A DNA stretch of 64,000 nt from Macrostomum lignano. Lineage: Eukaryota. The position numbers were made by a program, and so were the translations under genes. Numbering within the stretch: position 1 is the first letter of the stretch; each line of letters starts with the position of its first letter. The notes below the pieces were generated by a model that had not been told where the DNA came from, ran no database searches, and saw only the letters and a list, made by a program, of their open reading frames with translations. This document shows, piece by piece, positions 61,101 to 64,000 of this stretch. The DNA is taken from contig NIVC01001653.1 of the NCBI GenBank assembly GCA_002269645.1, forward strand, positions 5,973-69,972, written 5' to 3'.

Positions 61101-63438
61101 TGACGTCACTGCCACGTTATTGCCAAAGAGATCAGAAGAAATTAAAAGATCTTTGCAGTCTGAACGATAAGTGATGCTTCAGAGTTGATCCTTTGACCTT
61201 TAAGGTTATTACGAGCTAAGAATTCCCTAAACACTCACAAGCACTCGGATACTTGCACAAGTACACACGCACAAATAAGGTGGACGGCAGCCTCTGACTT
61301 TATAATCATCAGGGCAGTGCTCGTACGCTCGTACATACACACACTGTATCTGTCTAGGGAGGGTGACTCATAGCTCATAAGGACGTGAAAAGTAGTGTCC
61401 TTGCACAAAATTGCACACAGTATTGAACCCATGTGCGAACGAGGTACAAAAGCAAAAAACAACCGTCTTATAGGCTGCTCGGACACATTGCCGGAAAAAA
61501 ATAGTTTTATGCTAGTAACAGAGATTAATAGCAACAGTCACAAAATGATTATTTCAGTATCGGTCTACTTGGCATGGCGTTTAGCGCGCCACAAGTTCAC
61601 TTGTAAGTACACCATTACTAGTACTTTCTGTGTATAAAACGTTAAAAAGCAATAAAACAGTATTGAATTTGGCTTCCGAATTTCAGCAAAAAGATCTCTG
61701 TGGGCACGAACGGAAGTCAAAATTTGGACGAAAACGGAATGGTTAGTTTTCTCATAAAATTAAGAAAAAAATTATTGAGAATTTTGTCTTAAATATTCGT
61801 GTCATCATTCTACAATGGACCATTTCAACTTTAACCGCAGTGCAATGTTGACTTGGTGGCTGCCAGGTGCAGACCTTACTACCAAGGCAACGGGTCATAT
61901 CAGAATCCGTACCTGAAAGACTTCCACGAGAAGAAGCTGTCGTTGGACGCCAAAGACGCCAGTGTCGATGTGGATGACAACACGCTGAGTGGAAGTTTGG
62001 GTGAGTGGCAGGGTTGGACCTCAGGTGTGAATCGCATGGCTGCGGACGGGAATTGAACCCAAGTACACTATGTAAGATTATTTTGGTGTAGAGTAAGACG
62101 CGTCAAAACTGATCTACTCTGCTTCCCCGCTCTTATAGTCTGCAGATGCTCTTTTAAACAGGAATCTAAATGATAAATCGTAATTGAAATTATTCCACCA
62201 ATTTTTAGGTCTTTTTATACCGTTCTATTTCGTGGTCACAGTGTCCTACGTGTGCGCCATCACTCCGTACAATGCGCTGATAGCGGACTTGGCCCACCCG
62301 TCGCAGAGAGGTAAGCAAAAGTATCCAGAAATCATCAATCAAGCCATCGATTGATGTCAGATTTTTCTTTCGCACGCAACTGGCGTTCGTGCATTCGTCT
62401 TTTGATTTGATTGATTTAAACTGATAAATTAACGAGCCTAATCAGGGTTTTACAGTTTGTAAGTAACTTTACCAGTGTAACACTTACAATGTCCCACGAA
62501 TCTTATCTTCACTTCTACAGGCCTCAGCTCTGGCGTGATGGGTGGAATGATTTTGTTAGGCAACATCTCCGGAGCTGCTATCGGAATATTTCTAACTGTG
62601 AGTGCTCACAGTCACCTCCGATTTGCTACGAATTAACCAAGAAATTTTAACACAATTTTAGTCCCTGGGCGTTGTCCGAATCTACTTTATAATCATCTGC
62701 ATCCTGGTTCTGTGCGTCGCCATCACTGTACTGTCAGTCGACGAGCCTCCGTCGAAAGATTTCCACGAGCCGTTGCGTGAGTTCTGTGCGAATTAGGGAA
62801 ATTGCTACTGCTGGATGAGTAGTGAGTTGAAACCTTATTGCTCTAAATTTTAGGTTGCAAAGACGTGCTCGTCGGCTTCTGGTTACCTCTGGAGGGTAAG
62901 AAATAAAGAAATAATTACCGAGACTATACAGGCTTAACAACTTGTTGCGCATTTTTTTAATATTCAGAGCCAGACTTTCGATGGGTCTTCATTACGCGCT
63001 TCCTAATGCAACAAGGATTGTCAACCACCGTGGGGTACGTTGCAGCTTGCTTACGACTAATATAAAATTCGAACATGGGAACGGGTGTTAATTAATACGA
63101 CACACGTACGCTCGTATATAGCGCTTTGTATATTTCATGTAGTTAGTTTAGGCTACACGAGAAGGATACTCGTAGCAGAATGACTTGAAAACCGTGAAAA
63201 TGAAAATTTAGATAAACTTGAAAACATCCAACATCCAACTACATGCTTTATTTCCAATTGTAGGCAACTTTGTTTAAATTGACTTTGATTTTGAACTTTC
63301 TAAACGCCACGCTACACTGCTACCCCGCAGCTTCCTGGAGTACTGGCTGGCGGACATGGTCAACCTGCCGCAGTGCTGGAACCCCACCAAAGGCGTCTCC
63401 ATGCTGCTGATTCCGTTACTGGTCACCGCAGCCTTGTC
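58173..63438 (+). CDS. MFS transporter (SLC45/sucrose-transporter-like), partial; exons 58173..58285, 58360..58538, 60902..61088, 61841..62000, 62209..62310, 62521..62597, 62662..62776, 62854..62895, 62968..63034, 63331..63438; continues beyond the window
   Basis: GPLVGMKSDRLATRFGRRRP (MFS motif A variant), TPYNALIADLAHPSQRG, DFRWVFITRFLMQQG...GFLEYWLADMV; all junctions in phase except a 1-nt deficit near 61851-61854. Confidence 0.85.
58659..60700. repeat. ~46-bp intronic minisatellite (GACACAGACACCACGAAGCTAACTGGACACAAGCAGATGTAAAAAA), ~44 copies
   Basis: Period 46 measured between 58681 and 58727; fills most of MFS intron 2. Confidence 0.97.
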
Positions 63439-63740
63439 GTAAGTCATAAATCATAAATCAGTTATCTGGTAAGTTATCTTTAATGGTCTGCTCTCGGCCG
63501 GCCCCGATGTAGAGGCCAGTTAGCTTGTACTAAGATCGACCTCATTTCTTAATAAATCGTTGAAAGCTTGATATACTCAAAAATACAGAAAATTTCATTT
63601 TCATGCATAAAAATAACGCTTTGTGTTTTTTGGAAGCAGGTAAAATGCTTTTCCCTGCTTATTTGGTTTTATAAGATTTTTCATCGTGTAAATGAAGAAT
63701 TTATTGAGGAAGTTAGGAAGAATTAGGAGATATTTTGAAT

Positions 63741-64000
63741 ATAATTTATTACACCTGCCTTAATGGCCAGATGTGCAACGACAGCTCAGCCGCACCTATT
63801 GCGCGGCGCATCTGAAGGCTGCTTACGGCTGTTCAGTCCAAAGACTGGGAGTCACCACCCACACCCTCAATTACCCAGCTAATGCTGGCACCCATTTTAC
63901 AGCTGGGTGAACTGAAGCAATGCAGAGTTAAGTGTCTTGCTCAAGGACACAAATTGTTCTAGTGGGATCAAGAATCGAACTCCCGAACTTTTAGACATGA
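63741..64000 (-). mobile_element. tRNA-derived SINE copy (5' end beyond the window edge) in an MFS intron
   Basis: Reverse complement matches the 5535 copy along the B box, CORE-like block and 3' body (GGACTGAACAGCCGTA...GCGCAATAG...GCACATCTG). Confidence 0.88.

Overview
Eukaryotic (animal) genomic DNA with GT-AG introns, GC-rich exons and AT-rich spacers; no prokaryotic features. The style is reminiscent of a free-living flatworm such as Macrostomum, but that is an unverified inference. Host genes: the 3' end of an unidentified gene, a short minus-strand gene, a C2orf81/DUF4639-like gene, a PLAC8/cornifelin-family gene, two tandem DEG/ENaC channel paralogs, a class A GPCR with an NRY motif, an unidentified low-complexity gene and an MFS (SLC45/sucrose-transporter-like) gene that runs off the right edge. 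Mobile DNA: two young full-length Ty3/gypsy (Mag-like) LTR retrotransposons with 5-bp TSDs, one nested in the TIR of a Tc1/IS630-type foldback derivative and one in a (GACA)n tract just after a channel stop codon; three copies of a tRNA-derived SINE; a 5'-truncated RTE-like LINE end. About 28% of the window is one ~17.9-kb 26-bp satellite with a four-variant core, diverged edges and a ~1.83-kb duplication; eight smaller, mostly unrelated minisatellites are also present. The strongest candidates for new biology are the DEG/ENaC pair (concerted loss of two thumb disulfides, a long knuckle insertion with a new Cys pair, a probable gene-conversion tract), the gypsy lineage with an AHDD RT motif, the foldback transposon and the layered satellite. 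Several 1-nt frameshifts in short homopolymers may be assembly errors. All coordinates were read by eye and no database searches were run.
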